Shown piece after piece: positions 8,636-16,744 of a stretch of DNA of 18,112 nt (position 1 is the stretch's first letter; every line of letters starts with the position of its first letter). Position numbers and translations under genes: made by a program. The stretch comes from an uncultured Bacilli bacterium (GTDB lineage: Bacteria > Bacillota_I > Bacilli_A > RF39 > UBA660), in assembly GCA_947626095.1 (NCBI GenBank), contig CANQQV010000025.1, positions 1-18,112 on the forward strand, in the 5' to 3' direction. The notes under the pieces were generated by a model, which saw nothing but the letters and a program-made list of their open reading frames with translations, had not been told where the DNA came from and searched no databases.

Positions 8636-8665
8636 ACTATAACATATTTACCTAGGTAAATGCAA
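8636..8665 (-). promoter_or_regulatory. SigA-type promoter of secE-nusG containing a 16-bp palindrome
   Basis: TTGCAT-18 bp-TATAGT with TGn extension. Palindrome ATTTACCTAGGTAAAT at 8646-8661. Confidence 0.65.
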
Positions 8666-8667
8666 GG

Positions 8668-8692
8668 AAAAGTTCACTTTTTGTGAACTTTT
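8668..8692 (-). terminator. Intrinsic terminator after sigH
   Basis: AAAAGTTCAC / GTGAACTTTT inverted repeat immediately after the stop codon. Confidence 0.7.
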
Positions 8693-8693
8693 T

Positions 8694-9308
8694 TTACCTT
8701 TTTTCGATTATTTTTTTAATTTTGGTTTTAACTCGTTGAATTGTATTATCAATTTGTTTAGGATTTTTAGCTAGTAATGTGGCTATTTCGTTGTATTTTA
8801 AGCCATTAATCATTAAGGAATATACTTCATATTCACTTTTAGATAAACTATGCTCTATTTTTTCTAAAAATTCTTGAAAATTTTCTTCTTTTAAAATATT
8901 TTCTAAAGGATCATTTTTCTTGTTATCACTAATGATATCCATAAGAGGTGTAGCATATTGCTTATAAACGTATTCTAAACTTAATGATTTATTTAATAAG
9001 AGATTTTTTTTACGACCAACTTTCATAAGAGAAGTTTGAAGACGACGATCAACACATAAAGTGATAAAACTTGATAAGGCGGTATCACAATCTTCACGGT
9101 AACTATTTAGAGCATCAGAAAAACCAACAAGCGCATCTTGCATTAAATCATTGTAATCATAACCAAGAGCTTGAGCCATACTGATATATTTCTTAATTTC
9201 AACTTCGATAATATATTTGTATTTGGCATATAAAAGATCTTTGGCATCTTCAGATGCTTCACGAACCATACTTATTAATTCATTATCATTTAATTCGTTA
9301 TAATTCAT
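8694..9308 (-). CDS. sigH: RNA polymerase sigma factor, SigH/ComX family
   Basis: Region 2 motifs DLMQDALVG and FITLCVDRRL; RKKN..LNKSLSL; region 4 YNEIA..L...KQIDNTIQRVKTKI. Conserved position between rlmB and secE. Confidence 0.88.
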   Translation of the reverse strand: MNYNELNDNELISMVREASEDAKDLLYAKYKYIIEVEIKKYISMAQALGYDYNDLMQDALVGFSDALNSYREDCDTALSSFITLCVDRRLQTSLMKVGRKKNLLLNKSLSLEYVYKQYATPLMDIISDNKKNDPLENILKEENFQEFLEKIEHSLSKSEYEVYSLMINGLKYNEIATLLAKNPKQIDNTIQRVKTKIKKIIEKR

Positions 9309-9322
9309 ATACTACCTCTAAA

Positions 9323-10006
9323 TTATTTATTAACTATACCATATATTAAAATAGCAGCAGCGACAGAAGCATTCAAGCTATTAACATGACCATATTGAGG
9401 AATAGAGACAATAACATCGCAGTTTTGTTTAACTAAACGACCAACACCATTTCCTTCACTACCAATAACTAATAGTACTTTATCAGCATATGATACATTT
9501 TTATAATTTTCGCCATCCATATCAGCAGCATAAACAAAGTAACCATTATTTTTAAAATCATCAATTACATTAACTAAGTTATTAACCATAGCAATATTAA
9601 TATGTTCTAAGGCCCCACTACTAGTACGCATTACAGTTGAGGTAACACTAACACTACGATCTTTAGGAATAATAATTGATTTGATACCAGCGGCTTCACA
9701 AGTTCTAATTATAGCCCCAAAGTTATGAGGATCTTCTAAGTGATCTAGCATAACGACAATATTATCGTTAAGCATTGTTTTATAGTTAACATATTCATAA
9801 TCATCAACAACAATTATGATACCTTGATGTTTACCTTCAACCATAGCATCCATTTTATGGATGTCCATTGTTGAATAACTTATTTTATTGTTTTTGATAA
9901 AGTCGATTATTTCTTTATCATTGAAGTTATTAGCTAAATAAACTTTTTTAATCGCTTTAACATTATCTTTTAATTCATTAAAAACATTTTTACCAAATAC
10001 TTTCAT
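9323..10006 (-). CDS. rlmB: 23S rRNA Gm2251 2'-O-methyltransferase RlmB (SPOUT family)
   Basis: HQGI, LDHLEDPHNFGAIIRT, IGSEGNGV and SLNASVAAAIL motifs; synteny with mrnC and sigH. Confidence 0.95.
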   Translation of the reverse strand: MKVFGKNVFNELKDNVKAIKKVYLANNFNDKEIIDFIKNNKISYSTMDIHKMDAMVEGKHQGIIIVVDDYEYVNYKTMLNDNIVVMLDHLEDPHNFGAIIRTCEAAGIKSIIIPKDRSVSVTSTVMRTSSGALEHINIAMVNNLVNVIDDFKNNGYFVYAADMDGENYKNVSYADKVLLVIGSEGNGVGRLVKQNCDVIVSIPQYGHVNSLNASVAAAILIYGIVNK

Positions 10007-10371
10007 TATTCTTCACCTACAATAAAATTCATTATTTCTTTGATACGATCTAATTTACCAGCAAAATACAATTTACCGATTAAAGTTTCTAGGCCAGTTG
10101 CTAAACGATATGTAACGATATCGGTACTTTTGTTGTGCGTGCCCTTAGCGTTACGACCCCATTTGATAATATCGATTTCTTCAGGAGTTAAAAAGTTAGC
10201 GTTTTCTAATCGTTCTAAATGTCTTCTTTGGCTTTTAGCACTAACATAGTTTAGGCTTTCGGCTTGTAAATCACCTATTTTACTAATACCTTTTCTAATT
10301 AGATATTCTCTTATATGTTGTTCATAGATAGTATCACCCATATAAGCCATTACTAAAGGATTATCATACAT
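10006..10371 (-). CDS. mrnC: Mini-ribonuclease III
   Basis: AYMGDTIYE, YVSAKSQ, GRNAK and YRLATGLETLIGKLY motifs with no dsRNA-binding domain. TAATG overlap with rlmB. Confidence 0.95.
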   Translation of the reverse strand: MYDNPLVMAYMGDTIYEQHIREYLIRKGISKIGDLQAESLNYVSAKSQRRHLERLENANFLTPEEIDIIKWGRNAKGTHNKSTDIVTYRLATGLETLIGKLYFAGKLDRIKEIMNFIVGEE

Positions 10372-10420
10372 AAAAATATCACCACCAATAATTTATCATA
10401 ATCTTAATAATTTGCAAATT

Positions 10421-11233
10421 TTATTTCTTAGATGTCTTCTTTTTTGGATAATATAAACCTTTATTTAAACGATTAAAGCATAAATAGATAAAGAAGATAA
10501 AACCAATTATAAAGGTAATTACACATACTATTTGGGCAACTTTGAAGTTATAAAGCATTAAGGAATCAGTACGTAATGATTCAATAAAGTAACGACCAAC
10601 ACCATACCACATTAGATAGATACAAGTTAGTTGACCAGTTTTTAAATAACGATAATATTTTCTTACAAGAATAAGAATAATAAAACCTAGTATACACCAG
10701 ATAGATTCATAAAAGAAAGTTGGATGGTAGTATACGCCACCTATTTTCATACCTTCAATAATGAAGTTAGGTATATGAAGACTTTGTAAGTTAGCTAAGG
10801 TCGTCGCAAAACCATGAGCTTCACTATTAAAGAAGTTGCCCCACCTACCTATTGCTTGGGCGATAATTAATGATGGGACGGCAATATCCATCATTCTTAT
10901 AATACTTAGGTGATGAATTTTACAGTAAACAATTAAAGTGATTAAACCAAAGATAATACCACCATGAATAGCTAGACCGCCTTCCCAGACTGCTAAAATA
11001 CTTAGGGGATTATAAATATAGTTTTCATAATTAAAGATAACGTAATATAAACGAGCACCTATGATACCAATGATAACTACCCAGAAAGCTAAATCAAAAA
11101 TTTGATCTTTACTTATATCAAATTTTTTTGCTTCTTTAGTTGCTAAAAGATAAGCAATGATAATGCCGATTAAGATTAGAACAGAATACCATCTAATACT
11201 AAACATACCAATATGAAATATTTCGGGATTCAT
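10421..11233 (-). CDS. lgt: Prolipoprotein diacylglyceryl transferase
   Basis: IRWYS, GARLYYV, WEGGLAIHGG, AQAIGRWGNFFNSE and HPTFFYES motifs. AAGGAGG RBS. Confidence 0.97.
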   Translation of the reverse strand: MNPEIFHIGMFSIRWYSVLILIGIIIAYLLATKEAKKFDISKDQIFDLAFWVVIIGIIGARLYYVIFNYENYIYNPLSILAVWEGGLAIHGGIIFGLITLIVYCKIHHLSIIRMMDIAVPSLIIAQAIGRWGNFFNSEAHGFATTLANLQSLHIPNFIIEGMKIGGVYYHPTFFYESIWCILGFIILILVRKYYRYLKTGQLTCIYLMWYGVGRYFIESLRTDSLMLYNFKVAQIVCVITFIIGFIFFIYLCFNRLNKGLYYPKKKTSKK

Positions 11234-11298
11234 AACTTTTCCTCCTTGAGTAATCGTATTATATCACATTATTTTTAGGAAAATAACGGACTAAGTTT

Positions 11299-11330
11299 AA
11301 AAAAAGAAATTATTATTAAAATAACTTCTT
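11299..11330 (-). terminator. Intrinsic terminator after the PH-like gene
   Basis: Minus strand AAGAAGTTATT / AATAATTTCTT stem (one G-U pair) followed by a T run. Confidence 0.55.
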
Positions 11331-11664
11331 ATTTCATATTGTCATTAAGTAATTTATATAAGTTTGGATTTTCAAATTCAAATTCAACACCATTTTTTAG
11401 TAATACTTTATAAAGTTTATTGAAAGAAATTTTTTGTATATCTGATAAAGCTATTTCATAGTATATTTCTTTAGCCCTTAGGTATTGAATTCCATTACCT
11501 ATTCTAAGAATTTCGTTAGGATCATCTTTTTGATAATCTAAAAACATTAAACGTTGATTAGTTAGAATGATAGTCGTTTCTTTCTCATTAGAGCCTTGTT
11601 TAATATAGATATCATCAAAAATACTAATTGTTTCTTCATTTTCTTTTAACGTAAAATTATACAT
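11329..11664 (-). CDS. Hypothetical protein, probable bacterial PH-like fold
   Basis: IILTNQRLMF and EIALSDIQKI patterns resemble bacterial PH/GRAM-like domains. Starts 15 nt after the upstream gene with a GAGGA RBS. Confidence 0.55.
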   Translation of the reverse strand: MYNFTLKENEETISIFDDIYIKQGSNEKETTIILTNQRLMFLDYQKDDPNEILRIGNGIQYLRAKEIYYEIALSDIQKISFNKLYKVLLKNGVEFEFENPNLYKLLNDNMK

Positions 11665-11679
11665 ATTATTCCTCTTATA

Positions 11680-12357
11680 TTAACTTTGTTGGCAGGTTTT
11701 AGTATACTGTTTGCCACCTATTTGAGCTGTACAAACAAAATTGTTGCAAACATAGTTCTTTTCGCCATTTTCATCTTGAGCTTCATAGTTACCATCGGCA
11801 TTAAGATTACTACACAAAGTTTTGAAAATGATATTTTTTTTCGAAGCTTCAGTAAACTCATCTGAAGATGAAACTTTATATTCGTTAGTTTGACAATTTT
11901 TAGCAAAGTATTTATCTTCTTTTATTATTATACAAATATTGTCTGTACAAATAACGTTGTTATTTCCTTCTTCAGAATAATCACCAGTGGCATCTATTTT
12001 AGAACAATAATTATCTAATTCTATTTTGGTATCATCTGTTATCTCATTTTGCGGCTGCTCTTTTGGTTCTTCTTCAGTTTTACCTTTATCATCTAGAACT
12101 TCAGTTGTTTCTTCTTTTAAAATATATTTATTATAAAGTTCTTTAAGGTCAATTATCCCTAATAAGTGAAGAAGAATAGATACAGCACATATTAAGAGAA
12201 TTACAGCAATTAAAAAAGATATAATACCCCCACCTCTATTAGAATCGTCATCATCATTGTTGTTATAGTTATTATATGGTGGAGGAGAATATGGCATTTG
12301 ATTCCAATTGTTATTGTAATTATTATAGTTATTGTAGTTATTATATTGATTATTCAT
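11680..12357 (-). CDS. Single-pass membrane protein with an Asn/Tyr-rich N-terminus and two C-terminal 4-Cys repeats
   Basis: NNY repeats, TM segment IISFLIAVILLICAVSILLHLLGII, acidic linker and two Cys-spaced repeats. AGGTGA RBS. Confidence 0.8.
   Translation of the reverse strand: MNNQYNNYNNYNNYNNNWNQMPYSPPPYNNYNNNDDDDSNRGGGIISFLIAVILLICAVSILLHLLGIIDLKELYNKYILKEETTEVLDDKGKTEEEPKEQPQNEITDDTKIELDNYCSKIDATGDYSEEGNNNVICTDNICIIIKEDKYFAKNCQTNEYKVSSSDEFTEASKKNIIFKTLCSNLNADGNYEAQDENGEKNYVCNNFVCTAQIGGKQYTKTCQQS
12308..12354 (-). repeat. Imperfect 9-bp tandem repeat encoding (NNY)n
   Basis: Minus strand AAT AAC TAC AAT AAC TAT AAT AAT TAC AAT AAC AAT. Confidence 0.75.
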
Positions 12358-12445
12358 CTTTAATCACCTACTACTATGTTAATAATATCATTTTATAAGT
12401 ATTTTATTCAACAGAATTAAATAAAACAACATTTTGTTTACAAAG

Positions 12446-12470
12446 AAAAAAGTAGGATTTTCTCCTACTT
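12446..12470 (-). terminator. Intrinsic terminator after the DUF4190-like gene
   Basis: AAGTAGGA / TCCTACTT stem followed by a T run on the minus strand. Confidence 0.75.
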
Positions 12471-12482
12471 AACTAAACTATA

Positions 12483-12971
12483 TTAGCAAGTTTTTGATAG
12501 TGTAACGCCAGATTTATGATATGAACATACATAGTCTTCACAAACAACATAACCACCATCTTCGAATTCCTCATTTTCATCACGAGAATCGTAATCACCT
12601 TTGTAATCAAGATTAGCACAAGCTGTTTGAAGATAAACATTGCTTTCAATATTCTTGTAAGTATTTACCATAACAATAGTTAAAATTACTGCTAAAACAA
12701 TCCATACAATGGAAATAACGATACCAGCGGTTGCTAAACCACGGCCTCCTTCATTTTTCTTTTTAGCACTACTTAAACCAATTATACTTACGATTAAACC
12801 AGCTAAAGGAATACAACAAATAAATGATAAAATGAAACCAACAATACAAGCTGTATTAGTTTTTTGTGTAGTTTGAACTACTGGTTGGTTATATACTGGT
12901 TGATTTACCATACCTTGATTAGGATTATATTGAGGGTTTTGATTATTATTTGGATCATATTGATTATTCAT
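12483..12971 (-). CDS. DUF4190-like two-TM membrane protein with a C-terminal 4-Cys domain
   Basis: N/Q/P-rich N-terminus, then TNTACIVGFILS...GLIVSIIGL....K...GRGLATAGIVIS (DUF4190-like), then a C-terminal Cys module. Confidence 0.75.
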   Translation of the reverse strand: MNNQYDPNNNQNPQYNPNQGMVNQPVYNQPVVQTTQKTNTACIVGFILSFICCIPLAGLIVSIIGLSSAKKKNEGGRGLATAGIVISIVWIVLAVILTIVMVNTYKNIESNVYLQTACANLDYKGDYDSRDENEEFEDGGYVVCEDYVCSYHKSGVTLSKTC

Positions 12972-13021
12972 ATTACTTCACTCCTATTTTTTATATATTA
13001 AATATAACATAATTATCAAAT

Positions 13022-13048
13022 AAAAAAAATAGAAAAATCTATTTTTTT
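13022..13048 (-). terminator. AT-rich terminator closing the uvrA operon
   Basis: AAAAAAATAGA / TCTATTTTTTT inverted repeat containing the TAG stop. Confidence 0.5.
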
Positions 13049-13410
13049 AAGTCTTTTAATATTTTTACTAGATCCATAAAATGAGGGGGATATTTTAAAG
13101 CTCCACTTTTATGATAGTATGTATCATATTCATCATAGAACGCTAAACGCCACATAGGTGATAATGGTTCATGGTCTTTAGTTTTATCTGGCCAATAATC
13201 AAATTCATCTAAATCTTCATATGACCATACTAATTTTTCAATTTCATTAGTAGTTTTGGAGTCGATACTATATTCCCATAATTCACCATTAACATCAATT
13301 ACTTTGGCTTCTAAGTTGATAATAATATAATTCATATCTTTATATTCAAGTTCGATTCTTTTAATATGGGGTTTATTTTTAACAATTTTTTTAACATCTA
13401 ATTCTGTCAT
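13039..13410 (-). CDS. Hypothetical protein (123 aa), last gene of the uvrA operon
   Basis: Starts 7 nt after the uvrA stop, with an AGGTG RBS overlapping that stop. C-terminal W..WRL..SG...YP..F pattern. Confidence 0.8.
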   Translation of the reverse strand: MTELDVKKIVKNKPHIKRIELEYKDMNYIIINLEAKVIDVNGELWEYSIDSKTTNEIEKLVWSYEDLDEFDYWPDKTKDHEPLSPMWRLAFYDEYDTYYHKSGALKYPPHFMDLVKILKDLKK

Positions 13411-13417
13411 TTAGCAC

Positions 13418-16222
13418 CTATAATACTTTCTTTAACCACTCGCCAGTGTAACTTGTTTTTTCTTTAGCTACTTGTTCTGGAGTACCAGCGGCAACTACTG
13501 TACCGCCAGCATCGCCACCTTCTGGTCCTAAGTCGATAATGTAATCGGCTACTTTAATAACATCTAAGTTATGTTCAATAACAATAACAGTATCACCATT
13601 ATCAACAATTCTTTGTAAGATAACTAATAGTTTTTTAATATCATCACTATGTAAGCCAGTAGTTGGTTCATCTAAGATGAAAACACTTTTACCAGTGGCT
13701 TTCTTTTGTAATTCTTTCGCTAGTTTAACACGTCCAGCTTCACCACCAGATAAAGTAGGAGCTGACTGGCCAAGTTCAATATAGGATAAGCCAACATCCA
13801 TCATAACTTGTAATTTGTTTTTAACTTTAGGAATATTATCAAAGAATTCTATAGCTTCAGAGACACGCATATGTAAGACATCGGCGATACTTTTACCTTT
13901 AAATTTAACTTCTAGAGTTTCACGATTGTATCTAGTACCTTTACATACTTCACAAGGAACGTAGACATCAGGTAAGAAGTTCATTTCGATACGTTTAACA
14001 CCATCGCCCCAACAAGCTTCACAACGGCCACCTTTAACATTAAAGGAGAATCTATTTTTACCATAACCACGCATTTTTGATTCTTTCATATCAGCAAAGA
14101 CATCACGGATATCATCAAAAACACCAACATAAGTAGCGGGGTTACTACGAGGAGTACGACCAATTGGGTCTTGGGTAATATGAACGACTTTATCGATATT
14201 TTCCATACCTTTTATTTCTTTGCATTTACCAACGATGGTTTTAGATTTATAAACTTTTTTAGCTAAAGCATTATATAAAATATCATTAACTAATGTTGAT
14301 TTACCACTACCAGAAACACCAGTAACACAGATAAATTTACCTAAAGGGAATTTAACATTAAGATTTTTTAAGTTATGTTCTTTAGCACCTTTTACTTCTA
14401 AGTATAGGCCATTACCTTTACGGCGCTTTTTAGGTACTTCAATCTTTTCTTCACCAGTTAAGTATTTACCGGTTAGAGAATTAGGATTTTTCATAACTTC
14501 TTCAGGAGTACCAGCGGCCATAACATGACCACCTAAAACACCGGCACCTGGACCGATATCAACTAAGTAATCAGCAGCTTTCATAGTATCAATATCATGT
14601 TCAACAACGATTAAGGTATTACCTAAATCACGCATTTCTTTCATTGAAGCGATTAGTTTTTCGTTATCGCGTTGATGAAGACCAATACTTGGTTCATCTA
14701 AGACATATAAAACACCAGATAATTTACTACCAATTTGCGTAGCTAGACGAATTCTTTGGGCTTCACCACCAGATAATGTACCAGCAGCACGGTTTAAAGT
14801 AATATAACCTAGACCAACGTTATTTAAAAATTCTAGGCGATTACATATTTCTTTAACTAGTAATTCACTTATTTGTGCTTGCTCTTTGTTAAGTTTTAAA
14901 TTCTGCATGAATTTATATAGTTCTTCAATACTTAGAGCGGTCATGTCATAAATATTCTTTTTATTAATATAGACATTTAAGATATCATGTTTAAGTCTAG
15001 TACCATGGCAGACAGGACATTCTTGTTCGACCATGTAGTTTTCAATCCATTCTCTTATCCAACCAGCAGTAGTTTCAATCTGTCTACGTTCTAAGTTATT
15101 AATAATACCTTCGAAGAAATCAGTTTTAGTTCGAACATTACCATTTTTAGAAATATATTTAAAATCTAAAGGTTCAGTTGAACCATATAATATTTTATCT
15201 AGTTTAGCACGAGGAATACTACTAATTGGGGCATCTAAATCGATATCATAATAGTTAGCAACTGTTTCGACCTCAGTAAACATCGTATTTTGTTCTTCTG
15301 ATAAAGTGGCAATACCACCTTTTCTAATGCTTTTACTTGGATCAGGAATAAGTAGTTCTTCAGAAACTTTCATTTTCATACCTAAGCCATTACATTCTGG
15401 GCAGGCACCAAATGGGGAGTTAAAGGAGAACATTCTTGTTTCAAGTGGTGGCATAGAGTAGTTACAATGAATACAAGCATAGTTTTCACTCATTAGTAAT
15501 TCTTCCCCACCAATAACATTAAATAAAACCATACCATTAGCTAGTTTAGTACTAGCTTCAATTGATTCAAAGATACGAGAACGATCTTCAGCTCTCACAA
15601 CGACACGGTCGACGATTACTTCGATAGTGTCTTTTTTGTTCTTTTCTAATTTAATATCTTCAGCTAAATCGCGGACTTCGCCATTAACTCTAACACGAGT
15701 ATAACCTTTTTGACGAAGATCATCTAAGATAGCAGCATGAGCGCCTTTTTCACCACGGACGATTGGGGCCATTATTTCAATTTTTGTGCCTTCTGGGAAA
15801 TCCATGATTTTATTTGTCATTTCTTCAATGCTTTGACTTTTGATTGGTTCATGGTGATTAGGACAGTAAGGAATTCCAATACGCGCAAATAACAATCTTA
15901 AGTAATCATATATTTCGGTAACTGTTCCAACAGTACTACGCGGATTATTATTGGTACTTTTTTGGTCAATACTAATACTTGGACTTAAACCTTCAATACT
16001 ATCAACATCAGGTTTACTAGTACCACCTAAAAATTGACGAGCATAAGCTGATAAGCTTTCAACATATCTTCTTTGTCCTTCGGCATAAATAGTATCAAAA
16101 GCTAAACTACTTTTACCACTACCGGAAACACCAGTCATAACAATTAATGAGTTTTTAGGAAGCTCTAAGTTAATATTTTGTAAGTTATTCTCACGAGCTC
16201 CTTTTATTATTATCTTGTCCAT
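13418..16222 (-). CDS. uvrA: Excinuclease ABC subunit A
   Basis: Two ABC ATPase modules (GVSGSGKSS and GVSGSGKST, LSGGEA signatures, LDEP Walker B), CxxC zinc sites, EGQRRYVESLSAYARQFL and GRTPRSNPATY. Confidence 0.99.
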   Translation of the reverse strand: MDKIIIKGARENNLQNINLELPKNSLIVMTGVSGSGKSSLAFDTIYAEGQRRYVESLSAYARQFLGGTSKPDVDSIEGLSPSISIDQKSTNNNPRSTVGTVTEIYDYLRLLFARIGIPYCPNHHEPIKSQSIEEMTNKIMDFPEGTKIEIMAPIVRGEKGAHAAILDDLRQKGYTRVRVNGEVRDLAEDIKLEKNKKDTIEVIVDRVVVRAEDRSRIFESIEASTKLANGMVLFNVIGGEELLMSENYACIHCNYSMPPLETRMFSFNSPFGACPECNGLGMKMKVSEELLIPDPSKSIRKGGIATLSEEQNTMFTEVETVANYYDIDLDAPISSIPRAKLDKILYGSTEPLDFKYISKNGNVRTKTDFFEGIINNLERRQIETTAGWIREWIENYMVEQECPVCHGTRLKHDILNVYINKKNIYDMTALSIEELYKFMQNLKLNKEQAQISELLVKEICNRLEFLNNVGLGYITLNRAAGTLSGGEAQRIRLATQIGSKLSGVLYVLDEPSIGLHQRDNEKLIASMKEMRDLGNTLIVVEHDIDTMKAADYLVDIGPGAGVLGGHVMAAGTPEEVMKNPNSLTGKYLTGEEKIEVPKKRRKGNGLYLEVKGAKEHNLKNLNVKFPLGKFICVTGVSGSGKSTLVNDILYNALAKKVYKSKTIVGKCKEIKGMENIDKVVHITQDPIGRTPRSNPATYVGVFDDIRDVFADMKESKMRGYGKNRFSFNVKGGRCEACWGDGVKRIEMNFLPDVYVPCEVCKGTRYNRETLEVKFKGKSIADVLHMRVSEAIEFFDNIPKVKNKLQVMMDVGLSYIELGQSAPTLSGGEAGRVKLAKELQKKATGKSVFILDEPTTGLHSDDIKKLLVILQRIVDNGDTVIVIEHNLDVIKVADYIIDLGPEGGDAGGTVVAAGTPEQVAKEKTSYTGEWLKKVL

Positions 16223-16742
16223 TATTCAACACCATCCTTATCTGTTCTTTACCTTCTTCTAAAGAACAGGAATATAAATCTTTACAACCATATTGGTAAA
16301 ATAGTAACCACTTTAACATTATTTCATTATGACGATATTTTTTTAAATAGTGAGCTTTTTCAGTTTCAGTTAAAGGAAATGTCATAAGAAATTTTTGATT
16401 ATTAAATTCATGATCTTTTAACATATGGGTAATTATTTCTTTACGAGTTAAAAATTTATCAATTGTAATGTCTGAGACGGAATACATATCATAGTAACCA
16501 TAGTATTCATCATCATATCTAACAATAGTACCTTCACCTGTTACTTCAGCGACACAAACATCGCCTTCGTCATAGTGAAAGTAGCGAAAAACATCAGAAA
16601 GATTGGCACACATATGAAAGCCATGACCACTATTACCGAAGGAGATTGGACCATCAACATGATATGTTCGTCCCTCTTCAAAGGGTATTCCATATCTATT
16701 AGTTTTATCGTTATTAAATGCTTTATACCCTTTGACTTCCAT
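16191..16742 (-). CDS. Hypothetical protein with a phage-type DUF7666-like N-terminal domain
   Basis: GYKAF...FEEGRTY...GFHMC...DVFRYF...AEV.G.G pattern. AAGGAGG RBS. Overlaps the uvrA start by 32 nt. Confidence 0.6.
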   Translation of the reverse strand: MEVKGYKAFNNDKTNRYGIPFEEGRTYHVDGPISFGNSGHGFHMCANLSDVFRYFHYDEGDVCVAEVTGEGTIVRYDDEYYGYYDMYSVSDITIDKFLTRKEIITHMLKDHEFNNQKFLMTFPLTETEKAHYLKKYRHNEIMLKWLLFYQYGCKDLYSCSLEEGKEQIRMVLNNGQDNNKRSS

Positions 16743-16744
16743 AC

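Noticed and set aside
8582-8693. Possible rpmG (L33) or tRNA between sigH and secE
   Set aside because: The 112-nt gap is too short for L33, is occupied by a terminator, promoter and leader, and shows no cloverleaf.
10040-10249. 69-aa plus-strand ORF
   Set aside because: Antisense shadow of mrnC.
11718-11906. 62-aa alternative-frame ORF
   Set aside because: Nested within the 225-aa gene, whose own frame carries the conserved Cys repeats.
12424-12439. Inverted repeat AAACAA-CATT-TTGTTT considered as an SOS box
   Set aside because: Half-site sequence and spacing do not fit GAAC-N4-GTTC, and such a repeat is expected by chance in AT-rich DNA.
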